Source: a virus. Taken from it: a DNA stretch of 64,000 nucleotides. The first letter of the stretch is position 1, and each line of letters opens with the position of its first letter. Both the position numbers and the translations under genes were made by a program. The stretch is taken from the IMG/VR virus record IMGVR_UViG_3300003155_000005, positions 1 through 64,000 of that record, one strand, 5' to 3'. Below the pieces are notes generated by a model. That model was not told the origin of the DNA. It made no database searches and saw only the letters and a list, made by a program, of their open reading frames with translations. Of the stretch, positions 50,639-63,528 are shown in pieces.

Positions 50639-53600
50639 ATGGCAGATCAAAACAATACAAATTTGTATGTTCTGAAATATCAAACTAAAGGAGATATCGC
50701 TCATGAGTATCAACCATTACAAACAATGGTTAGTACTCAGGGCGAAATCATACCATTTAGAACAGATAAGATACAATCTAGTTTAAATAACCCTGTTGAT
50801 ATTCAATGTCAGCCTTCATATGATGGAACTGTTAATTTAATTATAAATGATGATTTAAATCCTCCAAGAATAATTAATAACAGATTTACTAAAATTGAAA
50901 ACAATAGATATGAGATAAAAACTAGAGATCAGTTTATGCAAACAAATTTATATTCAGAAGAGAAAGTTGATGCACAAACTAGATTATTTAGGAACATAAA
51001 TAAAATACCAAAAATTGATCTATATAATGTAACGTACTATGGACAGTTAGAAGGTGGAAACTATACGTTTTATCTTAAATTGGCAGACAATGATTATAAT
51101 AAAACAGATGTAGTTGCAGAATCTAGTCTAATTAGTATTTTTAATGGCACAATAACAGATATTCCTTCTATTTCTGGAACTTTAGTAGATCAACGAACAG
51201 ATAAGGCCATTATTCTAAATTTAAAAAACCTAGATACAAGTTTCTCATATGCATATTTATATTACAAAAGAGAAACAAGTGACTTAAATGGAGTATTAGT
51301 TTCTAAAACATATGCTGTAAATCAACCATATAAACTTAAATCCTCAACATTATCTATTTGTTTTAATGGTTATGAAGAAGTAACAGAAATAAATCAAGAA
51401 GATCTTAATATTAAATATAATATTTGTACAGCTGTAAAAACACAAGCTCAAGTACAAAATATGCTATTTTTTGGTAATGTACAGCAAACAATAGTAGATA
51501 ATAAAAATTTACAAAACCTTTCATATTACATTGAAGTATCCTGTGGGCGAAAAGAGGATAGCATTGGTTATATTGACTCTACATATAAGAAAAAATTAAA
51601 TGATGATGTTGATCAAACAGAATACTATAATCCATTACAGATATATTATTCATTGGGTTATTGGCCAGATGAAATATATCGTTTAGGTGTAGTATATATA
51701 TTTAATGATGATTCATTAAGTCCTGTATATAATTTAAGAGGATGTAGATTTGAAAATCTTAATACACCAAATTTTGAATATAAAGGACAAATAAAACCTG
51801 AAGATGAAACAACAAACCTATATAATTATCTAAAATTATCTGAGTCTGAATATAATTATCTTCCAAAAGAAACATTTGTTGGTACAGAATATTTACTAAA
51901 TACAAAAGGTGTTTTTAAAATGCCTGATTATGATGTATGTAATATTAAAGATGAAGAATTTAAGGAGATTCATCCTATCTTTCTTAAGTTTAAGTTGCCA
52001 ATTGATGTAAAAAATGAATTAAATAAGTATAATATAAAAGGATTATTTTTTGTTAGGCAAAAAAGAATACCTATTACATTAGCACAGGGATTTACAGTTG
52101 GAATTGATCCAAATAGTTATTGTCCAATGCTATATGAAAATAATGAAAATTATATATTTGAATCATTTATATCTAAAGATGGAATCTTAACAACCAACTA
52201 TAAAGACAGAAAGCGAACAACTTCGTTAAGTCAATCAAGTGGGTTACTTTGTTTAGATGCAAATGTAAATTCACAAATGCAATCATTATTTGATAATAGT
52301 AAATTTATATTGGAGCTTAAAGCTAGATATAAGACTGTAGCATCTAAATCAGATTTAAGACATTATATATGTGAATATGATAAGGAATTAAATACAGGGT
52401 TACAAAATTATGGGGGAATAAGTTCAAACTTATTGTACATTCCAAGTGATATACCTTTAAAATATGTTAACAAATATGGATTTTCAACTCGTGTTGGATC
52501 TGCCGAAGATGTTAAGCAATTTGGTTTTATCGGACAAAAAGATTACTCTAAGGATTATAAAAATATAATTCGAGGAATATTTTGCCCATTTGTTGGAACA
52601 CAAAGTATATTAAATGATTCCGCAATTTATTCTATTAAAATAAGTAATTATTCTTCAATTTATTTTGATAAATATTTTGAAATTAGGGGCAATGATTTAT
52701 CTCCATTTATGAGTATCTCTAACCGTTATGAATTATTAAATGATTCAGAAACTACAACAGATGATAAATATATAATTTTTCCTGATATTTATCGAGGAGA
52801 TTGCTATACAAATACGGTAACAATTAGGATACATACAAACTTTATTGATTCAGAGGTGCCCACAAATCAAATTATTGTTAATCCAAATACTTGAAAAAAT
52901 GGATATAAAGGGTATAAAGAAACAACAATGGATGAATGGAAAGATATAAATAGAGCCGATATCAATAGTGTTCCAATTGGCACCTGAATAACATATAAAT
53001 GTTTGTCTAACTATAATCTAGGTTTAAGAGCGGAAAATAGACAAAATGTGGAAGAAATGGCATTAATGGGAAATCCAAGAAGTTTCTATCCACTATCAGG
53101 TTTATTAACAGCGCCTTCAGGAAAAATAGAAGAATCCTGACTTTTAAACGCAGGTTATAGTGTTACATTGCCATTCAAAAAGTATTTTACTGCTCCAGAT
53201 GTACCATATGTAAAAGATATATTTGATAATCGAATTATGTTTAGCAATGTGCAGATTAATGATGATTTTAAAAATGCATATCGCGTATTCCAAGGATTGG
53301 CTTATAAAGATATAGAAAGACAATATGGTGCAATTGTTAAATTAATTCCATTAGGGGTTAATTTATTCTGTGTATTTGAGCATGGTTGTGCAATTATTCC
53401 TATTAATGAAAAAGCCTTAATATCTACCAATACAGGACAAGCCATTCATATGTATGGAGCAGGAGTATTACAAAATCAAGTTACTCCCATATCTCCAGAC
53501 TATGGTAGTATTTGGCAAGAATCAATTATTCGTACACCAAACGGTATTTATGGGGTTGATACTTATGCTAAGAAAATATGACGATTTAATGAAAAAGAAG

Positions 53601-55120
53601 GTTTCGTATTAATATCAGATACTAAGGTCCAAAGATTTTTAAATGATAATATAGAATTATCGGAGCTTGATAAATATCCAATTGTTGCAGCTAAAAATGT
53701 AAAAGCTCACTATAATAATTATAAAGGGGATGTAATGTTCACATTTTATAATAAGGACAGAATATGGAATCTTTGTTTTAATGAACGTATGGGAACATGA
53801 ATTACAAAATACTCATGAACACCATTATGTTCAGAAAATATTGATAATATATTTTATTCATTAGATCAAAATAGGGCTAGTTTGCTTGGAATATTATGAA
53901 ATAATCAAAACACAGAAAAAGGTTTACGAATTGATAATCATAAAATACCTGCAGAAAAACCATTAAATTTTTCAGAGTGTGGTAATGTTTGAAATAATGA
54001 ATCAATAGACTATGAAGGCACTATTTCATATGTAGGATATAACTTATCAGATAAATTTAAAATACAACTAAAAAAGGTTACAACATCTTATATTAAAGAT
54101 TCAATAGAGGTATTCGAGGAATGGGTCAATTATAATAATCCAGATGAATATCAAAGTATAATTGTAGATGACGTTACTGGAACTTGAGTAGCCAAAGGCA
54201 TTAGTAATGATTCTCGCACAAATATTTTACAGTTAAATAAAGATATATTTAAAAACCGCTATTACATTAAGATAGATGTAAAAATAACTTCAGAAGTTGT
54301 AATTACTGATGAGTATGGTTATACTGATATTAATGCAAATGCTTTCTCTGCATCTATAGTAATTGTTAAAAACAGAGAACAACTTTCAGATGCAGATAAA
54401 CAAGCCTATGATGAACTGCTGCAAAATGGATTTTATGTACATGGTCGTGCTGGGATATTTGATGAGTTAGATTATTCGGATCTGAATCAAGCTAATAATA
54501 TATTACCTACTAAATGGTATAATAAACAAGAACCTTTTGAATTTGAATTTGTCGTAAATACTCCAGCTGGAATTCATAAAATTTTTGATAATTTAGTTAT
54601 GATTTCTAATAATGTAGAGCCAGAATCTTTGGAATTTGAAATTATTGGAGATGTATATGATTTTAATAAAGCAGGACTATATAAATCAGAACATGTTAAT
54701 GTAGATGATTTTTGAAATGCTGATGGCAGCTTTGATAATAAAGGATATATTGCTAAAAAAATTGATCTTGAGAAGGAAACTGCAAAAGAAGGCAAATATT
54801 CTCAAATTTTTGAGAAGCAACAAGTAGAAATTGAAAAAGACCATATCTTAAATCAATATATATTAAAAGTCAAACAACCAATTAAGAATATAAAAACTTA
54901 TGGAAGAAGACTAGGTAATATTGAATATAAAGAAGACAGATGGTTTACCACAATTACTCCCATTTATTATAAAGATAGAATTGTAGGTACTAACAATTTT
55001 ACTGATTTAAAAAGTACAAGAATTAGAGACAAATGGATTAAAATTAGGATTAAATATACTGGAGAAAAACTAGTAGTAATTAATGCTATTCAATCATTAT
55101 TACGATTAAGCTATGCATAA
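50639..55120 (+). CDS. giant virion/tail structural protein (1493 aa)
   Basis: Track ORFs 50639 and 53168 share a frame. It stays open through at least 10 TGAs to TAA 55118-55120, including 53581..55113 where the standard-code track shows no + strand ORF. Confidence 0.7.
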
Positions 55121-56249
55121 TATAAATTATTTACAACCTGGAGGCGCATTTGATATGAAAGCTCTTAACAAAGACATGAATAAAGTGTTTAAACAAGGGC
55201 AAAAGGAAATAAAACAAGCTTCTAATCTTGCATCTACAGGTAATAAGATGGGAATGTCTGGAGGATTACAGGCAGGTTTAGGTGCAGCAAGTTCTATACT
55301 TGGAGGCCTATCGACTTCAGGACTATCTCAAGAACAAGCTTCAACAAGAGAAGGCCTCCGCAGTGCAATCAGCTCTGCGGGCCCTATTGGAGCTATTATT
55401 GGAGCTGCTTCAGGAGTAGTAGATGCTATTGGTTCTGCTACAGGTTTAAACTTAGACAATATTGATGCAGATGCTGCAAAAAGAGCAGGGATTGGAGGAA
55501 AAGCCGCTGCTCAAGGATTTATTAATAGTCTTCCTGGTGTATCAATGCTAGTTGGTATGTTTGGAGGAAAAACTGCAAAATCTTATAAATCTGCAGAAAT
55601 TGATCAAATGACTACTGCCTATGGGGGATCAGTTGCGGATATTAATGCAGCTCAGGCATTAAGTGGCAAAAGAATGTTAGGAACTGGCAAAGCTAATAAA
55701 TTTATTAGAGAACAGAACAGAGTTAATGGTTTAATAACAGATATTAGTTTAGAAAGCAAACTTAGAAAATCTAATTCTATTGCAGACACTTATATTTCTC
55801 AGAATCAAAATATGTATTCTGGTTATACTCCACAACTACTTCTATCTCGTAAAGGTATGAAATTTCCAGAACTTGATAATGCAAGATTATTGCTGCAAAA
55901 GTTGTCTAAGCCTATTCAAGAGCCTCCAAAATTTAAAGATGGAGGTAAACTAAATGTTATTGCAGAAGGATCTTTGCATGCAAGAAAGCATGATTTAGAA
56001 AAAACTAATCCAGAATTGAAAGGAGTTATTACTCATAAAGGAATTCCAGTAATTTCTCACAGTGAAGGAGGGGAAATTATTCAACATGCTGAAATTGAAG
56101 GAGGAGAATTAATTTTGAATAAAGATTTAACTGTAAAGCTTGAAGAATTATTTAAAGATGGTTCTGAAGAAGCAATGATTAAAGCTGGAAAATTATTAAC
56201 AACAGCTATCTTACGAGATACTGAAGATCGCACTAAATCAATTATATAA
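55113..56249 (+). CDS. virion-associated protein (378 aa) with N-terminal YLQPGG and internal KFKDGGK motifs
   Basis: Complete ORF with a Gly/Ala/Ser-rich N-terminal half. Confidence 0.6.
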   Translation: MHNINYLQPGGAFDMKALNKDMNKVFKQGQKEIKQASNLASTGNKMGMSGGLQAGLGAASSILGGLSTSGLSQEQASTREGLRSAISSAGPIGAIIGAASGVVDAIGSATGLNLDNIDADAAKRAGIGGKAAAQGFINSLPGVSMLVGMFGGKTAKSYKSAEIDQMTTAYGGSVADINAAQALSGKRMLGTGKANKFIREQNRVNGLITDISLESKLRKSNSIADTYISQNQNMYSGYTPQLLLSRKGMKFPELDNARLLLQKLSKPIQEPPKFKDGGKLNVIAEGSLHARKHDLEKTNPELKGVITHKGIPVISHSEGGEIIQHAEIEGGELILNKDLTVKLEELFKDGSEEAMIKAGKLLTTAILRDTEDRTKSII

Positions 56250-56827
56250 TGGATATTTTAGTAGGAAATAAGAAATACGATGTAGAGGTTGCAGAAAATG
56301 AAGAGGAAAGAATGAAAGGTCTTCAAGAAGTTATTGAAATGGATGACGATGAGGGAATGTTATTTATATTTCCTGAACCTCAACATGTAGACTTTTGAAT
56401 GAAAGATACTGAGATACCATTGGATATAATTTTTATAAATTCAGATCTGGAGGTAATTTCAGTAAAACAAGGAGAGCCTATGTCCGAAGATTTTATAAGT
56501 GAAGATAATGTACAATATGTTTTAGAAGTAAATCAAAACTCTGGAATTGAGGAAGGGGATGATGTTATCTTAGATTATGAAGAAGATGACGAAGAGGATG
56601 AAGCTGCTAAAATGTATGTGTTAGGGAGTGATGGGCAGGCACAATATGAGCTTGTTGGAGGAGAACGAATCTTTAGCCGACCTAACACAAAAGTTCTTGT
56701 ATCTAAAGCCAAAAAAGCATACAAAACAAAATCGGACTCAGATTATAAAGCTTTGGGAAGACAGGTTTTTAAATATTTAGAGAAGCAAAACTCAAACGAA
56801 CCAGAATATGTAGAATCTCCAAATTAA
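56249..56827 (+). CDS. DUF192-domain protein with acidic linker (192 aa)
   Basis: ATG overlaps the upstream TAA. GMLFIFPEPQHVDF-W(TGA)-MKDTEIPLDIIFI matches the DUF192 GMLF...FWM(K/R)NT..PLD pattern. Confidence 0.65.
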
Positions 56828-56837
56828 ATTTAAATTA

Positions 56838-56869
56838 TTTGGATTATTTAAATAATATATGTAATTTTG
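56838..56869 (+). promoter_or_regulatory. Bacteroidota-type promoter (-33 TTTG 56838..56841, -7 TAATTTTG 56862..56869)
   Basis: Both boxes present with a 20-nt spacer. Confidence 0.45.
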
Positions 56870-56947
56870 GGAAGTAAAAGAGTATACGACAATATGTCTT
56901 TATAAAGAGTAAAACTAAATTATATTAATAAAATAACAATAAGTAAT

Positions 56948-57274
56948 ATGGCTTATATTAAGAAATTCCAAGAAGGTGGAGCCGCTCCTGCAGCTGCTCC
57001 CGCTGGTGCTCCTGCAGGTGATGAGCAAGATCCTATTCAGATGTTAGCAGAAATGGCAATGCAAGCCTTACAAGGACAGGACTGCCAAATGGCTATGCAG
57101 GTTTGTGAAGGTTTCGTTGCTTTGATTCAGCAAGCTATGGGAGGTGGACAAGCTCCAGTTGGACAAGCTCCAGAAGGAGAACCTGTATTTAAGAAAGGTG
57201 GAAAAATTGCTGGACGTAAGAAATGCGGAAAGAAAGAGAAAGGCGGAGACTTAAATATCATTAAGAAGAAATAA
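56948..57274 (+). CDS. low-complexity Ala/Pro/Gly/Gln-rich small protein (108 aa) with N-terminal KKFQEGG
   Basis: Complete ORF with higher local GC, followed by a terminator. Confidence 0.6.
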   Translation: MAYIKKFQEGGAAPAAAPAGAPAGDEQDPIQMLAEMAMQALQGQDCQMAMQVCEGFVALIQQAMGGGQAPVGQAPEGEPVFKKGGKIAGRKKCGKKEKGGDLNIIKKK

Positions 57275-57301
57275 ATCTAACTAATGATTAATAAAGATAG
57301 A

Positions 57302-57334
57302 AGGGAGATTGTAAGTAGTCAATCTCCCTTTTTA
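57302..57334 (+). terminator. rho-independent terminator
   Basis: Stem AGGGAGATTG / CAATCTCCCT followed by TTTT. Confidence 0.65.
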
Positions 57335-57353
57335 AGTATAACACATTGATAAA

Positions 57354-60300
57354 ATGGCACAGGTAAATATACAAAAACTCCAAGAGGGAGGGTCTGTAAA
57401 AAAATATGGGACCTTCACTAAGGATGGTGTGACATATCAAGTTGACGACGACTTTCTACAGGCTATGGCGGCACACGGTAGTTCAATCACGGATGATAGA
57501 GCTAGAGCTGATTATGGAGCTATTGTTAATGCTCTTAGATCTGGTGCCGATTTATCATATGATTCTAACACTAATGAGTTAAGAGGAGATGTAACGTTTG
57601 ACAACATGAATGCCCGCCAAAGAAGACGTGCTGCAAGACGTACCTCAAAAACTGGAGAAGCATTAGATAGTACTTTTAATGGAAGAGTAAATCAAGTTAA
57701 AAATGCAACAAACGCTTTACGTGGGTTTAATTATAACCGAGTTACTCCTCAGAAAAATAAAAATAAATCTGTAGATTTTTCTAAGGCATTATATCTTTCT
57801 TATAGTAGAGATAAGGACGGAAAACTACTACTTGATGATAAAGGACGTAGAATTTATAATAATGACGCAGATAACGCACGTATTCTTAATAGATTAGATT
57901 TTTTCAGAAATCTTGAAAATGAAGAAAATATAGTTGATTGGAAAGGTTATAACGGACTCACAAAAGAAGGTGCACTAAGGTTTGTTAAAGAGTATACGGA
58001 TTGAGATGGTTTGTATCAAAGATTCAAAGATGGAAGTATTACAGATAGTGATATTAATACATTATCTAAATTAGGCATTCTTGATAAAAAAACCTCTGAA
58101 GAAGGCGGTACTCAGTCAAATCAGGATAAATGGGATAAAGATAATAACTTTACTACTGATTTTAGAAATCAATTTAAAATTTCCTATGGGCCAAAAGGAG
58201 AACTATTAACTGAAGGATTTGGATTAGAAGGCTACGGAAAGGATTGAAGAAATGCATATTTCGGAGAAAACTTTGTCACTATTCACCCAGAATTAAAAAG
58301 ATTCAAAGACTATATTCTTTATAATGGCAGATTATATAGTAAAAATGAGTGGGCTAATCCAGAATCAGAAATTAATCAGATTTTGAATTCTCCGAATGTT
58401 GACATTTTTAATAAGATGCGTCAAAATTTATTTGATCCTGTTAAGAATGGGCAGTGGCAAGTATTATGGACAAATAATCCCTTTCAGAGATATAATTCAC
58501 AACTTCAATACAATCCATACTTCAATAAAACATATAAAAATGATGATAATGTATTATATACTTACACATCACCTTTATATGAGAATCTTCCTAAAGGAGT
58601 TACAGTAATGGATATTATTGATAATAATACTCCTAGAAATGAGTTCGGAGTACCTACTTCTATCTCTTCTATAGGGTTAGATGAGAATGGGAATGTTGTT
58701 GATATTTCTAAATATATTAGGGCTGCAGGATATAATGGAGAAGCTACAGGGAATGCTTTTTATTCAAGAATTGATCCAACAGATAAAATTTTAGGTGGTT
58801 ATATTTGGGATGATTTTGATCCTTCTGGAAGATATAGTTTTGCGTATAATCCAGAGGATGAGACTCAAGGATTCTTTTATGATACCGAAAGTAAAAAATT
58901 ACATCCTTTTAATAGAAACTGATTCAAATCTCTACTTAATGATAATTATTTAAGTGCAGATGAAATAAATGCTATTAAACATAGGGAATGGTCTGGATTT
59001 AGAAGATGGTTGAATACAGGATTTTTTAATGATGAATACGCTGGGAAAAGAGTTCCAGCCATTCATTACAATCGTCAAGTTCCAAAACAACAAACTGGAG
59101 GATTAATTAATTGGATTTCTAAGGATACTGAGAAAACAACCCCAAAGGTAGAGACTCGTGATGAAAAAAAGGCTGCGACTACATCTCAAATAAAAAGTGG
59201 AGATTTAACTGCTGCTGATAAATGACAACTTGGAGCATTAGCAGCTGATTTAGGAGCACTAGTAGCTGCTATACCAACGGGAGGAAATCCTGTAGCAGCA
59301 GCTTTGGGAGTAGGCTCTACTGCAACTCAGTTTATTTCTGATGTTAAAAGAGATGGTTTTGATTTAGGTGATTTAGGAAATGCAGCTTTGGGGCTTGGAC
59401 TAGATGTTGTTTCATTCCTACCAGGTGTTGGAATAGCTGGAAAAGCAGCTAAAACCGCTAGGATAATTAAACGAATTAAACCACTACTAACAGCAGGATT
59501 CTCTGCTTTAGGTCTATCAGCAGCTCTAAACTCTATTAATAAAGAAGGAGAATGGACTCTTGATGATTATAGAAATATATTAATGGGTGTTCAAGGATTA
59601 ATAGGTGGAAAGAGAGCTTTAGATAGAACAATAGGATATAAGAAAACTGGAAGAACAGCAGATATTTCTGGAAAAGCCACTCCTGAAAAATTAATAGATA
59701 TTCAAAAAAGAGCATTAAATGATGCTGTTTCACAAAATCCAGGTCAATTTAAGGGAAAGGCTTGGTATGATGCAAAAACTGGCAATATTAATTATGAAGA
59801 TGCTTTAAAGGATGCCGATGTACTATCTAATCTGCCAAAGAACAAGCTTTATCAGGAAGGACTGTCTAAGATTAAGACGGCAACAAAGAATCTAAACTCT
59901 TCTATTACTGATAGATTAACAGGGGATAGAAAAGAATTAAGAGCCAGAACTGAAGATGAACTTCCTTGGTTCTTACAAAACAGATTTGGTCGTAGTTGGA
60001 TGAGAGGGGCTCAAAATAGAGAATTTGGAAATGTAGTTGAAAGATTAGAAAATAGAGCTGATTTTAGAAAAGAATTTGATGCTCCTAGTGTTAGAGGTCT
60101 TAATATCTTTGAAAGAGGTTATAGAACTACAGGAGAACTTATTAATGGAGATCAAGCTTACTTTAATCCCTACTGGTTTCCTAATCCTATTCCAGCTAAG
60201 CCTATTAAAATTCGCACCGCCAAACCTAGATTAATGTTACCAAAAACTGCAGGTTCTTGAGTACAGTTACCTAATGATGGGGGAATGGTTTATAGACCTC

Positions 60301-61649
60301 AGAGTTTATATAAAAAAGGAGGCAAAATTCTTAAAGCTCAAGGTGGATCAAAATTCTTTGGTAAATCTATGGATAATCAAGGAGCTTATGGTTCCTTCGA
60401 GGTTGATCCTGTAAGTGTAGTGGCAAAAAGTACTTTTACAAGACCTACTATAAATCTTGGAAATAAGGTAGCTGGAGTTCAAAGAGATTCTAATCTGGAA
60501 GCTCAGATAAAAGCTTCAACACAACCTGCCATGGAGGCTCAGAAGGAAAAGGCTCTTAAAAACATAAAAGCCAATACAGTAGTTTCTACTGGAAGTGCCT
60601 CTAATGGAAGAGGCTTTTCGTTCAACCCTAAAAATCTATTAGATTTAGGTTCATTAGCAGGAGGATTAATTTCAAATGCTCGTCAGAGACGTGAGTTAGC
60701 AAGAGGAATCAGAGCAGCAGCTCAAGGTCAATTAAGATCTATGCCAACAGAAATCTATGCTCCATACACAGATATGGGAATTGCTCGTATGTATGGGGAT
60801 AGAATAAAGGATATTCGCCAGTTTAAAACTGTCACAAGTGATCCTAATCAGGTAATGGCTGAAAGACTTATGAGAGATCAGCAAGCTGATCAATTGGCTA
60901 ATGAAAGAGATACTAGATTATCTCAAACTATTAGTGAATTTAATGATAAGGATCTTGCTGCAAGAAGAGAATATGCTAATCAACGTACTCAAATAGCAGA
61001 TTATAATAAGGCAGTTCTTGGCCAAATGGAAAATATGTTAGCTCAAAACAAAGCAGCTAAACAATTTACAGCTTGGAATCAGATCATAAATCCTTTCATT
61101 GATCAAAAGAGAATGGAGTTAGTAAGAGACCAGCAGGATGAACAATTGGCTAATACAGCTAAAGAAAATATTATTGCTCAACAAGATTACCAAAAATCAA
61201 TTCACGATTTATTTAATTCTCAAGAGGCGCAAGATGCATGAGAAAATGAGCAAAATACTAATACAAATTGGAAAACTGAACATGGAGAAGGGGATGCAGG
61301 GAAAATGGCCTTCTTACAAAAATATTATCAAGGTACACTTCAGAATTTACAAAATGATTTAATTAGTAGACAACTTTTAAATTCTTACATAACTGGGTAT
61401 AGTAGATTTACAGGAAGGCGTAGACATATAGATATACCTAGAAGTAACTTACAAAATTATTATGTACCCCATTCTACATATGATTTAAATTACATAAATT
61501 TGAATAAAAAAGGAGGAACTATAACTAAAACTCAGCGATATCGTGATTTTGATGAGCAGGCAATCTTAGATAAAGCAAAGGATTATAGAAAAGCTGTTCA
61601 GAAAATGGATGATAATTTAATAAAGTTATTATTAAAAATGCTTTCGTAA
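57354..61649 (+). CDS. giant virion (cargo/ejection-type) protein candidate (1431 aa)
   Basis: Seven track ORFs (57354, 58011, 58383, 59010, 59304, 60285, 61305) are all in one frame, separated only by single TGAs. Ends at TAA 61647-61649. N-terminus is MAQVNIQKLQEGG. Confidence 0.7.
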
Positions 61650-63523
61650 TGAAAATTCAAAAATATCAATATGGAGCTTCATATACTCCAATTTCAAGAG
61701 AAGTAATGGGACAGTCGCAGGGAGAACCTGCGACTTCTCCTTCTTCTGAAAAGAAAGACGATAAACTAATAGAACAAGAGATCATTAAAGTATTAGGAGA
61801 GAATGGAATTCCTACTGATGTTGATTATTTTCTAAGCCAAGCACAATCTTTCTTGCAAGATTCAACTAATATCTTCTCTGGAAAAAAGACAAATACAATG
61901 AGTCAATTAATTAGACTCAGATCATTAGCAAATAGATTACAACATAATAATGCACTATATAAAAATGCAATAGATAGAATTAAGGTAGAAAATACTGGTT
62001 CTGATGTTGCTATTTCCAATGATGGAAATTTATATGTATATGATGGGGAATCAGTAAAAAAGGTAACTCCAACAGATTATAGTAAGAATCCAGAAGAGTA
62101 TCAAGTTTTAACTAATGCAGAACTAATACATCTAAGGGAAAGAGATCCTAATTTAAAATTTGATGAATCTATCCTACATGATTTATCAAATTCAATAGGA
62201 ATGAAAACTATTATAGACCAAGTAATAGGTACTATTAAAAAATTTGGAACCACTTCCCAAAAAGGTTATACCATTAAGGCTGGAGGCCAAGTTCAAAGGG
62301 GGTTAGAAGCGTTGATGGGTTTAGGTCCTGATGGACTTTATGAAATAGAGGGTTCAGATTCAAAAGCTGCTCAGGATATAAATGCAGCTATTATATACCT
62401 TTATAAGAATTTAAATAATAATGCTAAACATGTATTACGTGCAACTACAGCTGCTGAGGGGTTAAACCCAGAGAGTATGGAGGATGTTACAAGTATTCTA
62501 AAAGCTGCCTTATTTGAACATACAGACACTTCAAGAAAAGTAGGATATGTTAAAGATCCACTAGGAAAAGGTAGTAAAAGTGGTTCAGGAGAAGGTTCAG
62601 GTCCAGGAGATAAAGAAGGTTATGGACAAAGTCTTATTAGTGGCTTTGGTGCTAGTAGAACTCGTAGGGTTAGAACTCGGGATGGAATTGCAGATTTTAC
62701 AGTAGAAGTTAAGCATAATCCAATAAGGGATAAGAATAATGAAATAGTAACTGGCATAGCTACTTTAGATGAGGTTTTTAATGATCTCGCTAAAAATGGA
62801 GTAGTTATGGATAGGGATAAAATGTATTTCGGAGGCATGTACAATGCAAAGGGTTCTAATGGAAGTGTTATTGGAGATAATCAAGATACTTTATTCATTG
62901 ACCCGAATAAAGCTAGAGAAGTTATTGTAGATGCTTCAGATGGTGTAGAAACTATAGATGTTCCTGTTGATTATACTGGAAAGCCTGATTTTGGAGCTAT
63001 TAATAGATATCAGATGGCTGTTGATGAAATAGCTAAAAATAAAATTACTGATCCAAGAGAAATTTTTGAAATATATAAGAAATATGCTTTAGATAATAAT
63101 TTAGATCAGGATGGAAATTTAATGACTGGACGTTTTCTTGCTGTACATGCTAAAATGTCAGAAGATGAAGGAGCAGTTGCTGGATATACCTCGGACAATC
63201 CTACTATTGATAGACTTACAGGTCAAGATAGAGATAAATTTATGAATGATGTAAATTATGCTAATCAGAATAGAGAAAAGAAGAATAAAATTAAAATTAA
63301 TTATGGTTGGATTTGAAATAGAGGAATCTTAAGCGGTACAGTATTCATTCCTTTATATGTTAATCAAGCATCTCAGGCAATATCTGATGAACGAGCAAGA
63401 ACAGATAAGAGAACTGGCTCAGAATATCAAATGATGCAAGAAGCTTATGTTGATCCAAGATATAATAATGGAACATATAATCCAAGACAAACTAGGCTAC
63501 AAACCTCATTTGGAGATTTATAA
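61649..63523 (+). CDS. large virion protein (624 aa), N-terminus MKIQKYQYGA
   Basis: Track ORF 61649..63316 extended through TGA 63314 to TAA 63521-63523. Confidence 0.65.
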
Positions 63524-63528
63524 AAAAT

